IMG/VR virus record: IMGVR_UViG_3300008259_004660
Location: 120,825 to 184,824 of that record
DNA length: 64,000 nucleotides
Source of the DNA: a virus
Strand: one strand, 5' to 3'
A program made the position numbers and the translations under genes. The notes under the pieces are model-generated. The model saw nothing but the letters and a program-made list of their open reading frames with translations, searched no databases and was not told the DNA's origin. Below are positions 9,815 through 18,654 of this stretch, piece after piece (the first letter of the stretch is position 1; every line of letters begins with the position of its first letter).

Positions 9815-12800
9815 ATGATTAAGCAGTTCTCTGCGGGAGATATCACAGTCAGACCTTTTAGCACGTTCAAGAATTGGACTGTGCAGAGCATTGACTCATC
9901 TTCTGTAGATAAATATGGTTTCCCCACTTATTATAATAACCGTTGTGAGGTTAACTATGGTATTAGAACAAGTGCCTCATTCTTTCCATCCGAAAGTGTA
10001 TATTGGCAAGCTAGTATAGATCCAATAAACACATCTGGAAAATATGCCAGAAATATATGGAATTTGACAGATGCAATGTTCTACAAGAACTCAAGTGAGC
10101 CAACTAAGTTGTTTGGTGTTGAATATTACACACAAGATCCAGAAACAGGAAAAAAGGAAATAAGAAAGATTGGAGATAGAATCGTCACATTAAATTTGAA
10201 GCACAATGTTTGGGGAGAAAAGATTGTTCCAAACACAGTAAGAATTGTTGATGACTCAAATCCAAATAACACGCTATATGTGTTTGATGATGGATATACA
10301 AACCTTTATGCAACAGGTGGGCATTTTCCATCGGCTGAAGAAATTGGGGCAGTAAGAGAATATTTGGCTACGCCATATTGGGTGACATCAAGTGGAGAAT
10401 TTTATGTTGTGTTTAACAATGGAACAACACAATCTGTTGATTTGACAAACGCCAAACAATATATGGCAATGGGACAACAAGTTATTTATGTTGAACCATC
10501 GAGTGGATCTTGGGCATGGGACACTTCCACTCATCAAGATATTTTCCAAGTAAGTAATGAACATTTTGGTGAAGCGGTAAGCACGTGGAGAAATTATGTG
10601 GCGGTTGGTTCAAGCATGGATGATTACAGCATGTCCGAAAAAAGAATAGGATATGCGTCCATATTCAAATATGATGAGAATACAGACTCACACAGATTGA
10701 TTAAAAAGATAAACTTCCCATTTACACAAAGCGGCGCAACACTTTTCAAAGATAGCTTTGGATCATCTGTTGCAATAAGAGATAATTTCTTGGCGGTTGG
10801 TTCGCCAACTGGCTCTGGATGCAGTGTTGATAAATATCCGGGATATGTTTGTGTATATGACAAGAATAAGGGAGGTCCGGATCATTGGGGCATCGTAAAT
10901 CTAATACGCGGACACAGTGACGGTGACAAGTTTGGAACTTCTGTTGCAGTTGATAATGATATTTTGGCGGTTGGTGCGCCGGGATACAGTGGAAGCATTG
11001 GCGCGGTGTATGTATTTAGAAAGAAAAGATACATGGATGCAGAATATCCATGTCAGAACATAAACACAGGCTCATATTGGAAACAGGTGACAAGTGTGGA
11101 AGAATTCTGCAAGGAAATGGCCACGAGTTCATACTATGCGACACAAAGTTATGTGCCAACATTTGTTTCTGGAAATTATACTTGGGAACATGAAACCACT
11201 TTAACTTCAAGTGTTGGTGCAGTGGGTGATAATTTTGGATACTGTGTGTCCGTTGACATGAACCAATTAATTGCCGGTACAAACAAGACTGGGGCTGGAT
11301 ATGCCACATTGTTTACATGCTCTTATTCATCTGCTTCCGTTGACGCTTGTCCAACGGCATCTTGGTACCAAATTCAAAGATTTTATGGAGATTCAACCAC
11401 TGGAGATTTGGACATAACAAAACCAGAATATTCAGTTGATGTAACTTCCACCATATCATCAAACAGATTTGGAAAGAGTGTATCAATCAGCAACAAAAAC
11501 TTGGTGATAGGTTGTCAATATGACAAAGCATATATTCCATATTATGGATACACAGGCAGTGCGGCTATTCTTGGTGCTGCTTATTTCTATCATTATGGAT
11601 ATGTGGCAGAATGCTTATCAAACCAATTCCATTTGGTCACAAAGACATTTGGAAACAGAGATTATTTGACAGATAATAATTTTGCCAAAGCCGTTTCTGT
11701 GGATGGTACAACCGCCGCCGTTTCATCTCTTCCAGATACACTCGCCAGAACAGTTGAATTCAGTGGATCATATATTTTGGAAAATTATTCATATGCGTCC
11801 ACTGGATCAAATGATGAAGTTCTTGGCAGAGTATTGATATACAATTACGATTATACTGGAAACAAATGGAATAAAACTGGTGAACTTCGCCGCAACAAGG
11901 AAAAGAATCATCCATACAACATTTATGGGTATTCTGTTTCGGTGTCATCTGATTTCTTGGCGGTTGGTGGACCGTTGGTAAACATCATAACGGGTTCATC
12001 ATATTCCAGCAGCATAAATGAATCATCACAGTCCTTGTATATGCCATCAACATATTCTGGTTCGGCGTATTTGTATGATCTTCGCAAGTATGAACAAAAT
12101 CCTCATATCGGAAATGTGTTCTATAAGAATGGATATTTTGTGATCACAAACACAGGATCAAACTACACAAATATGCTCATGGGAACTGGTTCACGTGGGT
12201 TTGAACTTGATTATCGCGGCACGCATACAATATTTGAACATGAATATCTTGTGTCCGTTAGACCGGGAGAATTCAACTATAGTACCAATCCATCGGCGTT
12301 GGCACAATATCCAATGGTATTTGATGTGAATGGAGATGGTGTTGTTGATACCAAGGATGTTGATCTTGTAATGCGCTATCTTCGCATGAAGAAATTCTAC
12401 GCGGAATTTGTGTATGATGTTGATGGATTGATATTGGAACAAGACACATTAACCGACTATAGTTGGTGGGCAAATGACTTATTGCAAACAGAAGCAGAGG
12501 ATGTTCTTCAACAAGAAAGCAGTTATGCCGCTTCAATGACAACATCATCATTTGATGCATTTACTAAAACTGCATATGATTATATTGAAAAGAATTTGGA
12601 CAAGACTGGAATATTGGATATTGATGGTAACGGAGAAATCAATCTGAATGACGGATACTTGTTCGCGCTATATGTATTGCAACAATTGAATCCAACCAGC
12701 ATAGCACCATATCTTGATGCTAATTCAACACGCCAGTATGTAGTGGATATTCAAAAATATTTGGACAAATATTGCGGCGTTGACACAAAGAGCACAAATC

Positions 12801-12982
12801 CAGAATTTCTAAACTATCAATATAGCTCATCATATGATGCTACAGGATCTTTCCTTGCGCCTTATATAACCACAGTGGGATTGTATCAAGACAATCAGCT
12901 TGTTGCAGTGGGCAAACTTGGTCGTCCAATCAAGAATTTAATTGATTGGCCAGTAAATATTGTCGTCCGTTTTGATACATAA
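9815..12982 (+). CDS. Structural protein with 7 FG-GAP-like repeats (beta-propeller) and two dockerin/EF-hand-like loops
   Basis: Repeats FGEAVS, FGSSVA, FGTSVA, FGYCVS, FGKSVS, FAKAVS, YGYSVS, each followed by an LAVG-like segment; DVNGDGVVDTKD and DIDGNGEINLND loops. Confidence 0.7.
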   Translation: MIKQFSAGDITVRPFSTFKNWTVQSIDSSSVDKYGFPTYYNNRCEVNYGIRTSASFFPSESVYWQASIDPINTSGKYARNIWNLTDAMFYKNSSEPTKLFGVEYYTQDPETGKKEIRKIGDRIVTLNLKHNVWGEKIVPNTVRIVDDSNPNNTLYVFDDGYTNLYATGGHFPSAEEIGAVREYLATPYWVTSSGEFYVVFNNGTTQSVDLTNAKQYMAMGQQVIYVEPSSGSWAWDTSTHQDIFQVSNEHFGEAVSTWRNYVAVGSSMDDYSMSEKRIGYASIFKYDENTDSHRLIKKINFPFTQSGATLFKDSFGSSVAIRDNFLAVGSPTGSGCSVDKYPGYVCVYDKNKGGPDHWGIVNLIRGHSDGDKFGTSVAVDNDILAVGAPGYSGSIGAVYVFRKKRYMDAEYPCQNINTGSYWKQVTSVEEFCKEMATSSYYATQSYVPTFVSGNYTWEHETTLTSSVGAVGDNFGYCVSVDMNQLIAGTNKTGAGYATLFTCSYSSASVDACPTASWYQIQRFYGDSTTGDLDITKPEYSVDVTSTISSNRFGKSVSISNKNLVIGCQYDKAYIPYYGYTGSAAILGAAYFYHYGYVAECLSNQFHLVTKTFGNRDYLTDNNFAKAVSVDGTTAAVSSLPDTLARTVEFSGSYILENYSYASTGSNDEVLGRVLIYNYDYTGNKWNKTGELRRNKEKNHPYNIYGYSVSVSSDFLAVGGPLVNIITGSSYSSSINESSQSLYMPSTYSGSAYLYDLRKYEQNPHIGNVFYKNGYFVITNTGSNYTNMLMGTGSRGFELDYRGTHTIFEHEYLVSVRPGEFNYSTNPSALAQYPMVFDVNGDGVVDTKDVDLVMRYLRMKKFYAEFVYDVDGLILEQDTLTDYSWWANDLLQTEAEDVLQQESSYAASMTTSSFDAFTKTAYDYIEKNLDKTGILDIDGNGEINLNDGYLFALYVLQQLNPTSIAPYLDANSTRQYVVDIQKYLDKYCGVDTKSTNPEFLNYQYSSSYDATGSFLAPYITTVGLYQDNQLVAVGKLGRPIKNLIDWPVNIVVRFDT

Positions 12983-12986
12983 CAGT

Positions 12987-12995
12987 ATATTTATA
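12987..12995 (+). promoter_or_regulatory. ATATTTATA upstream element
   Basis: Intergenic, before ATG 13016. Confidence 0.55.
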
Positions 12996-13015
12996 ATAAA
13001 CAATAGGAGATATAT

Positions 13016-13312
13016 ATGCCAGAACTACCATCCACTCAAAGAACATCATTAACAACAGATCTAAAGGCCAGATATGAACAGTCTGGAAAAAATTTGGCCA
13101 ATGTTGGCGGCGGCAGTGCCAAAGATGCTGGAAAATTGGCTACAAACTTGATCGATAATACCGCAGTTGGACAAGGAAGAGAATGGGCACAAAAGCAATT
13201 TGGTTTAAAAGCTTCTACTGGCGTGACCAGTTTCACACAAAATGGTCTGCAATATTCGACCAATGTCTTGAAGGTAAATACCTCAAAATACGCTCCAAGC
13301 GGTCGTCTGTAA
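13016..13312 (+). CDS. Hypothetical protein, 98 aa
   Basis: AGGAG Shine-Dalgarno at 13005-13009 and ATATTTATA element upstream. Confidence 0.7.
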   Translation: MPELPSTQRTSLTTDLKARYEQSGKNLANVGGGSAKDAGKLATNLIDNTAVGQGREWAQKQFGLKASTGVTSFTQNGLQYSTNVLKVNTSKYAPSGRL

Positions 13313-13332
13313 GTTAATTTATAAATGGTTAT

Positions 13333-13824
13333 ATGAAAGTACTTGGACTTGACTTGTCCACAACTACTTGTGGTTGGGCCATAACAGAAAACAAAATTAT
13401 ATTGGCCGCTGGCTTTGTTGATATATCCGACGTTGAGAAATATGACACAAAAGCTGATCTTATTATTAAAGCCCTAATTGGTCATACATTTGATAAAATA
13501 ATGATAGAAGAAAGTTTGTTTGGATTTGCTGGCGGCGGCACATCTCAACAAGTCATCATTAAATTGGTCAAGAACAAGGCAGTGATTGGTTATATACTTG
13601 AAAACTATTACAAAGTGGGTGTAGAGTCTATTCATGCTCAAACTGCTCGTAAAAAGGCTTTGGGAGCAGCCAGAATCAAGGGCGTAAAGCCCAAGGTATT
13701 TGTAAAAGAATCTATTGAGCGAATGTATGATATGACTCCTTGGATTATAAAAAATACCAAAGGAAATCCAGACAAGCGAATGGAAGATATGTATGATGCT
13801 ATCGTGCTTTCTCTGGCTGGTTGA
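13333..13824 (+). CDS. ruvC: RuvC-like Holliday junction resolvase
   Basis: VLGLDLSTTTCGWAI first strands, IMIEE, and C-terminal MEDMYDAI acidic residues of the RNase H fold. Confidence 0.8.
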   Translation: MKVLGLDLSTTTCGWAITENKIILAAGFVDISDVEKYDTKADLIIKALIGHTFDKIMIEESLFGFAGGGTSQQVIIKLVKNKAVIGYILENYYKVGVESIHAQTARKKALGAARIKGVKPKVFVKESIERMYDMTPWIIKNTKGNPDKRMEDMYDAIVLSLAG

Positions 13825-13860
13825 TATTTATTATTATAACTTTTAACAAAAAATACTATT

Positions 13861-14343
13861 ATGAAAAGAAGTGAACTAAAACAATTGATTAGAGAAACGA
13901 TTGAAGAAATTTCAGCAGATACAGCCAGACGAGCGGCTGATAAGGCAAAGGAGTTGGGAAGATATCAACAAGCGGGCAGATTACAACTAACTGCTCAAAA
14001 AAAGGATGTGGCGGCGTTTGGTGGAGATGTAAAAATAGAAAAGATTAAAATCGGAGAAACCGGTATACTTTCCAGTGCAGAAATGCTAAAATTGGGTAAA
14101 ACTAAAGATGGTAAACCCGGTATTTCTATCCGAGTAAAAGAACCCAACCCAGTAGCACACTATTATAAAGAAAGCGCCCCCTTCACCTACAAAATATATA
14201 ATCTGGTAGACAACGATCCACATATAACCACCGAGGATAAAACTAAAGTGAAAGTTGGTCGCCAAGATAGAATGAAGTTGATAAAAGCATTCAAATCTAT
14301 GGGCGTTGATATTAATCCCAATAAAATAAACATAATCGATTGA
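13861..14343 (+). CDS. Hypothetical protein with N-terminal LKQLIRETIEE motif (putative internal head protein)
   Basis: N-terminus MKRSELKQLIRETIEE is nearly identical to MTRNELKQIIRETIEG at 38682. Confidence 0.7.
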   Translation: MKRSELKQLIRETIEEISADTARRAADKAKELGRYQQAGRLQLTAQKKDVAAFGGDVKIEKIKIGETGILSSAEMLKLGKTKDGKPGISIRVKEPNPVAHYYKESAPFTYKIYNLVDNDPHITTEDKTKVKVGRQDRMKLIKAFKSMGVDINPNKINIID

Positions 14344-14366
14344 TTTTTATCTGATAAAATTATTGC

Positions 14367-14394
14367 AAAACCCGCCAAATACGGCGGGTTTTTT
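14367..14394 (+). terminator. Rho-independent terminator
   Basis: AAAA-CCCGCC-aaatac-GGCGGG-TTTTTT. Confidence 0.85.
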
Positions 14395-14396
14395 GT

Positions 14397-14424
14397 TTGA
14401 CTGATTTGCTATTTTCTGTATAGT
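14397..14424 (+). promoter_or_regulatory. Sigma70-like promoter for primase and Mre11-Rad50
   Basis: TTGACT (14397-14402), 16 bp spacer, TATAGT (14419-14424), directly after the terminator and 10 nt before the ATG. Confidence 0.6.
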
Positions 14425-14434
14425 GATGCGGTAA

Positions 14435-15406
14435 ATGTCATCACTAAAAGTATCAGAACTTACAAGTCTATTGAACAAATCGTTCAAGGAAACGGGTAGA
14501 CTGCGTAAGGGCAACAACTTACAATATCATTGTCCATTTTGCCATCATCACAAAATGAAGATGGAGGTATGTTTGGATGAACCAAATCAATGGCACTGTT
14601 GGGTATGTAATGCCAAGGGCAGAGGAATATATTGGCTGTTGAAAAAGATGAATGTTGGACAAGATGTTCTGACCAAAGTTGAAAACATCTTTGGTTCATC
14701 AGAACCAAAACACAGTCTTTCTGTTTTTGACGCAAAGATTCTTTCATTGACCAAAAAACAGGAAAGCGCCGAAAGCTCGGAAATGTTGAGTCTTATGCCA
14801 GAGTTCAAAAGTCTTGCTGAAAATGATGGTAGTAGAGAACACGCCATTGCTTTGAACTATGCTAAAAAGCGCAAGATTACGATGTGTGATATTATCAAAT
14901 ACAATATTGGATATTGCGCCAAGGGACCATTCTCAAACAGGCTTGTGTTTCCTTCATATGACAAGCATAACAATTTAAATTTTTACTCTTGTCGCAGCTA
15001 TTATGATGATGGCTACAAATACAAGAACAGCGAATTCAGCAAAGATATTGTTGGGTTTGAAAACCTTGTAGACTTTGATTTTCCAATTTATCTCTGTGAA
15101 GGTGCATTGGATGCCATATCATTGAAGCGTAATGCCATTCCACTCTTTGGCAAGTCAATGAGTAAGAAGCTAAAACAGGCAATCATACAAAGCAATTGTC
15201 CAGAAGTGAACATTGTATTGGACGATGACGCTTTGGAAGATTCAATTAAAATTGCAGAATATGTCCGCAGCATAGGAAAAGAGGCTAAGATTGTAAAATT
15301 GGAAGGTAAAGATCCCAATGTTCTTGGATTTGCCAAGACGATGGAACAAATCAAAAAAACAGATCTGCTTGACTTTTCGTCAATGATCAGATTAAAGTTG
15401 GAATAA
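14435..15406 (+). CDS. DNA primase (DnaG/T4 gp61-like: Zn finger plus TOPRIM)
   Basis: CPFC...HCWVC Zn-binding domain; RLVFP; CEGALDA and LDDDA TOPRIM motifs. Confidence 0.85.
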   Translation: MSSLKVSELTSLLNKSFKETGRLRKGNNLQYHCPFCHHHKMKMEVCLDEPNQWHCWVCNAKGRGIYWLLKKMNVGQDVLTKVENIFGSSEPKHSLSVFDAKILSLTKKQESAESSEMLSLMPEFKSLAENDGSREHAIALNYAKKRKITMCDIIKYNIGYCAKGPFSNRLVFPSYDKHNNLNFYSCRSYYDDGYKYKNSEFSKDIVGFENLVDFDFPIYLCEGALDAISLKRNAIPLFGKSMSKKLKQAIIQSNCPEVNIVLDDDALEDSIKIAEYVRSIGKEAKIVKLEGKDPNVLGFAKTMEQIKKTDLLDFSSMIRLKLE

Positions 15407-15412
15407 TAATTT

Positions 15413-18400
15413 ATGGTAGATACATACGAAACACTTGATATAGGCTTGGACAAAGTTGATTATGTTGTTCATGTCTCAGACATTCACATTCGCTTGACCA
15501 AACGCCATGAGGAATATCGTGAGGCATTTGCCAAACTATATAAGGAAATTGAAAATACACCAAAGAACACGGTTATCATAAACACGGGTGATACATTGCA
15601 CAGCAAGGTTGATTTGTCACCTGAAGCTGTTCAACTTACCAGTGAATTGTTTCATAATTTGGCAAATCTTCGTCCTACCATTGTTATTGCGGGAAATCAT
15701 GACTGTCTTCTTACCAATGTTACACGTTTGGACAGCATTTCTCCTATCATTGATAATCTAAAACATAAAAATCTGTTTTATATCAAAGGTACAAAATTGT
15801 TTGGCGCGGGAAATCTTCTCATCAACAACATGAGTGTGTTTGATGATCCTACCAAGTACATTCGAATGAAGAATGTGGTGAAGAAGATCAAGACAGCATT
15901 CGATACCAAGGTTGCGCTATATCATGGATCTGTGTTTAGCGCGATGACTGATGTTGGATATGAGGTTACTGACAAAACCGTATCAAACGAGTTGTTTGAT
16001 GGTCATGACATAGCGATGCTTGGTGATATTCATATGGCGCAAAATTTACAGCAATATGATGCCTCTAATGAAAAACCTATCATACGATATGCGGGATCTT
16101 TCATTCAACAAAATCACGGTGAAGCATTAAGTGGCCACGGATTTTCATTATGGGATATTAAAAACAGAGCATATAAGCATATTGAAATACCAAATGATTA
16201 TGGATATTTTACCATTGATATTGACGATGGTAAGTTGATCACAGACATAAGCGGTTTGCCAAGTAAGCCAAAGATGCGTGTAAGATGCAAAGAAACGATT
16301 GCATCGGAAGTGAAAAAGGTGATAAATGAGATCAAAAAGAACCACGAAATCACTGATATCATTTATATGCGAGTGGAAAGTGATGACGCCACCAAGGTTG
16401 CAAAAAAGCAAGCATCTGCCAATCTCACACAGATTACAAATCTTGATTATCAGAACAAACTGATGTCGGAATGTCTTAAGGTCAAATATCCTGAAATCAT
16501 GGACGATGAAACTCTTGAGACTGTATACAAAATTAACAAGGATCTTAATTCATCATTGGACGATGACGATGTTTCAAAGAATATCAGATGGAAGCCAGTT
16601 AAGTTTGAATTCAGTAATATGTTCAGTTATGGCGAGGACAATGTAGTTGATTTCACCAAGCTTGATGATGTATACGGATTGTTCGCGTCGAATGCCAGTG
16701 GTAAATCTTCCTTGATGGATGCATTATGCTTTACAGTATTTGACAAGAGTGCCAGAGCATTCAAGGCAGTACATGTTCTTAATTCGCAAAAAATGAGTTT
16801 TAGCGGAAAATTCACTTTTGAAATCAATGATATGCAGTATGTCATTGAACGAAAAGGTTCACGTGACAAGAAAAATAATGTGAAAGTTGATGTAAACTTT
16901 TATAAGATTGAAAAGAATGAAAAGATAAGCTTGAACAGCGAAGCTCGCCGCAGTACCAATGAAATCATCAGAGATTATTTGGGAGATTATGATGATTTTG
17001 TTCTTACCACACTTGCTCTACAGGGAAATCAAGGATCTTTCATTGATATGGGTCAAACAGAGCGCAAAGAACTTCTATCACAGTTCATTGGATTGAATGT
17101 GTTTGATAAGCTTGCTGCCAGTGCCAATGACAAGATCAAGGAACTTACTGGTGCCATCAAAACTTTCAACAAGGAAAACAATCAGTCAAAAATTGAAGGA
17201 ATGAAAACTGAGGTTGGATTATTGGAATCTAAACTAATTGATTTGAACGAGCAAAAGGAAAAGCACAGTGATGAATATGTGAAAATAAACGAGAAGATAA
17301 ATACCGAGCAATCCAAACTTGTTAAGTTAGATAATGTTCCAACCAATGTTGCCACCTTGAAAAAAGAAAAGGAGACGTTGGAAATAAAAATCAAACAAGC
17401 AGTTGAAAGTGTTTCAAACATAGACAAAGAAATTCAGACAAAGAAAAAAGAATATGATGAAATTATCAGTAAACTAAACGAATTTCCATCGGACTTGAAA
17501 GAAAAAGCAGATAAACATGCCAGTTTGAATAGAAACAAGCAGCGGATTGAGCAAGAGATGGAAAAACTGAAACTGGTTGTCAAGGAGAAGCTCAATAAAC
17601 TTGATCATCTATCAAAGCATGAGTATGATCCAAATTGCAAATACTGCTGTAATAATGCATTTGTCAAGGATGCTATGGCTGCAAAAAACAGTCTCAATGA
17701 TGACAAAGAGGAAGCAAGAAAACTGTCAGTTTCATTGGCTGAAATAAAATCGCAGATAGAAGAACTTGAACAGTTTGTATCACAATATCAAAATAGTTCA
17801 TCTCTGAAAGATCGTTCAAATATTCTGTCGTCATTTATTTCCAAAAAGGAACTCGAAAAAGCAACACTAAGCAATTTATTGGACAAGAGTAAAAACAGAT
17901 CAACTGAAATTGAAAACCAAATTGAAATTTATGAACGCTCAAAAGAGATCATAGAAAACAATAAAGTTATTCTTTCTGTAATAACAGAATTAAAGTCAAC
18001 TAGTAGCGATCTATCGTCCAAGCTCAAGAGCATTGAAAAGTCTCATGTTGATGCATACAGTCGAAAAGTATCAGTGTCTGATCAAATCAAAAACATCGAA
18101 GAGCAGATAAAGAAAATAGAAGATTATGAGAATGAAGTGGCCTCATATCAATATTACATTGCTGCGATTGGAAAGGACGGTGTACCATATCGCATCATAT
18201 CAGACGCAATTCCAAAAATTGAACAAGAAGTAAACAATATATTGTCACACATTGTTGAATTCACTATGGAAATGGAAACAGATGGTAAGAATGTGAATGT
18301 GTATATCAAATATGATGATCGTAAATGGCCGCTTGAACTTTGTTCTGGTATGGAAAAGTTTGTGGCTGGTTTAGCACTTCGTGTTGCACTAATCAACATC

Positions 18401-18619
18401 AGTAATCTTCCAAGACCAAATTTCCTTGTGGTAGATGAAGGATTTAGTGCATTGGATGCATCAAATATGCCAATGGTTCATGCATTGTTTGATTATTTGA
18501 AGACCAATTTTGACTTCATTGTTGTAATAAGTCATCTTGATGCCATGAGAGATATGGTCAATAAACAGCTTGAGATCAGGAAGGAAAACGGGTTCAGTAA
18601 GATAGATAACACGGTTTAA
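15413..18619 (+). CDS. Fused Mre11/SbcD (gp47-like) nuclease and Rad50/SbcC (gp46-like) ATPase
   Basis: Phosphoesterase motifs SDIH, GDTLH, GNHD, LGDIH, YAGS; then Walker A NASGKSS, coiled coil with CKYC Zn hook, CSGMEK signature, VVDEG Walker B, SALD, VISH; one open frame. Confidence 0.92.
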   Translation: MVDTYETLDIGLDKVDYVVHVSDIHIRLTKRHEEYREAFAKLYKEIENTPKNTVIINTGDTLHSKVDLSPEAVQLTSELFHNLANLRPTIVIAGNHDCLLTNVTRLDSISPIIDNLKHKNLFYIKGTKLFGAGNLLINNMSVFDDPTKYIRMKNVVKKIKTAFDTKVALYHGSVFSAMTDVGYEVTDKTVSNELFDGHDIAMLGDIHMAQNLQQYDASNEKPIIRYAGSFIQQNHGEALSGHGFSLWDIKNRAYKHIEIPNDYGYFTIDIDDGKLITDISGLPSKPKMRVRCKETIASEVKKVINEIKKNHEITDIIYMRVESDDATKVAKKQASANLTQITNLDYQNKLMSECLKVKYPEIMDDETLETVYKINKDLNSSLDDDDVSKNIRWKPVKFEFSNMFSYGEDNVVDFTKLDDVYGLFASNASGKSSLMDALCFTVFDKSARAFKAVHVLNSQKMSFSGKFTFEINDMQYVIERKGSRDKKNNVKVDVNFYKIEKNEKISLNSEARRSTNEIIRDYLGDYDDFVLTTLALQGNQGSFIDMGQTERKELLSQFIGLNVFDKLAASANDKIKELTGAIKTFNKENNQSKIEGMKTEVGLLESKLIDLNEQKEKHSDEYVKINEKINTEQSKLVKLDNVPTNVATLKKEKETLEIKIKQAVESVSNIDKEIQTKKKEYDEIISKLNEFPSDLKEKADKHASLNRNKQRIEQEMEKLKLVVKEKLNKLDHLSKHEYDPNCKYCCNNAFVKDAMAAKNSLNDDKEEARKLSVSLAEIKSQIEELEQFVSQYQNSSSLKDRSNILSSFISKKELEKATLSNLLDKSKNRSTEIENQIEIYERSKEIIENNKVILSVITELKSTSSDLSSKLKSIEKSHVDAYSRKVSVSDQIKNIEEQIKKIEDYENEVASYQYYIAAIGKDGVPYRIISDAIPKIEQEVNNILSHIVEFTMEMETDGKNVNVYIKYDDRKWPLELCSGMEKFVAGLALRVALINISNLPRPNFLVVDEGFSALDASNMPMVHALFDYLKTNFDFIVVISHLDAMRDMVNKQLEIRKENGFSKIDNTV

Positions 18620-18622
18620 GAG

Positions 18623-18631
18623 ATATTTATA
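18623..18631 (+). promoter_or_regulatory. ATATTTATA upstream element
   Basis: Intergenic, before ATG 18655. Confidence 0.55.
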
Positions 18632-18654
18632 ACCATAGGCGTATATATAAACCT

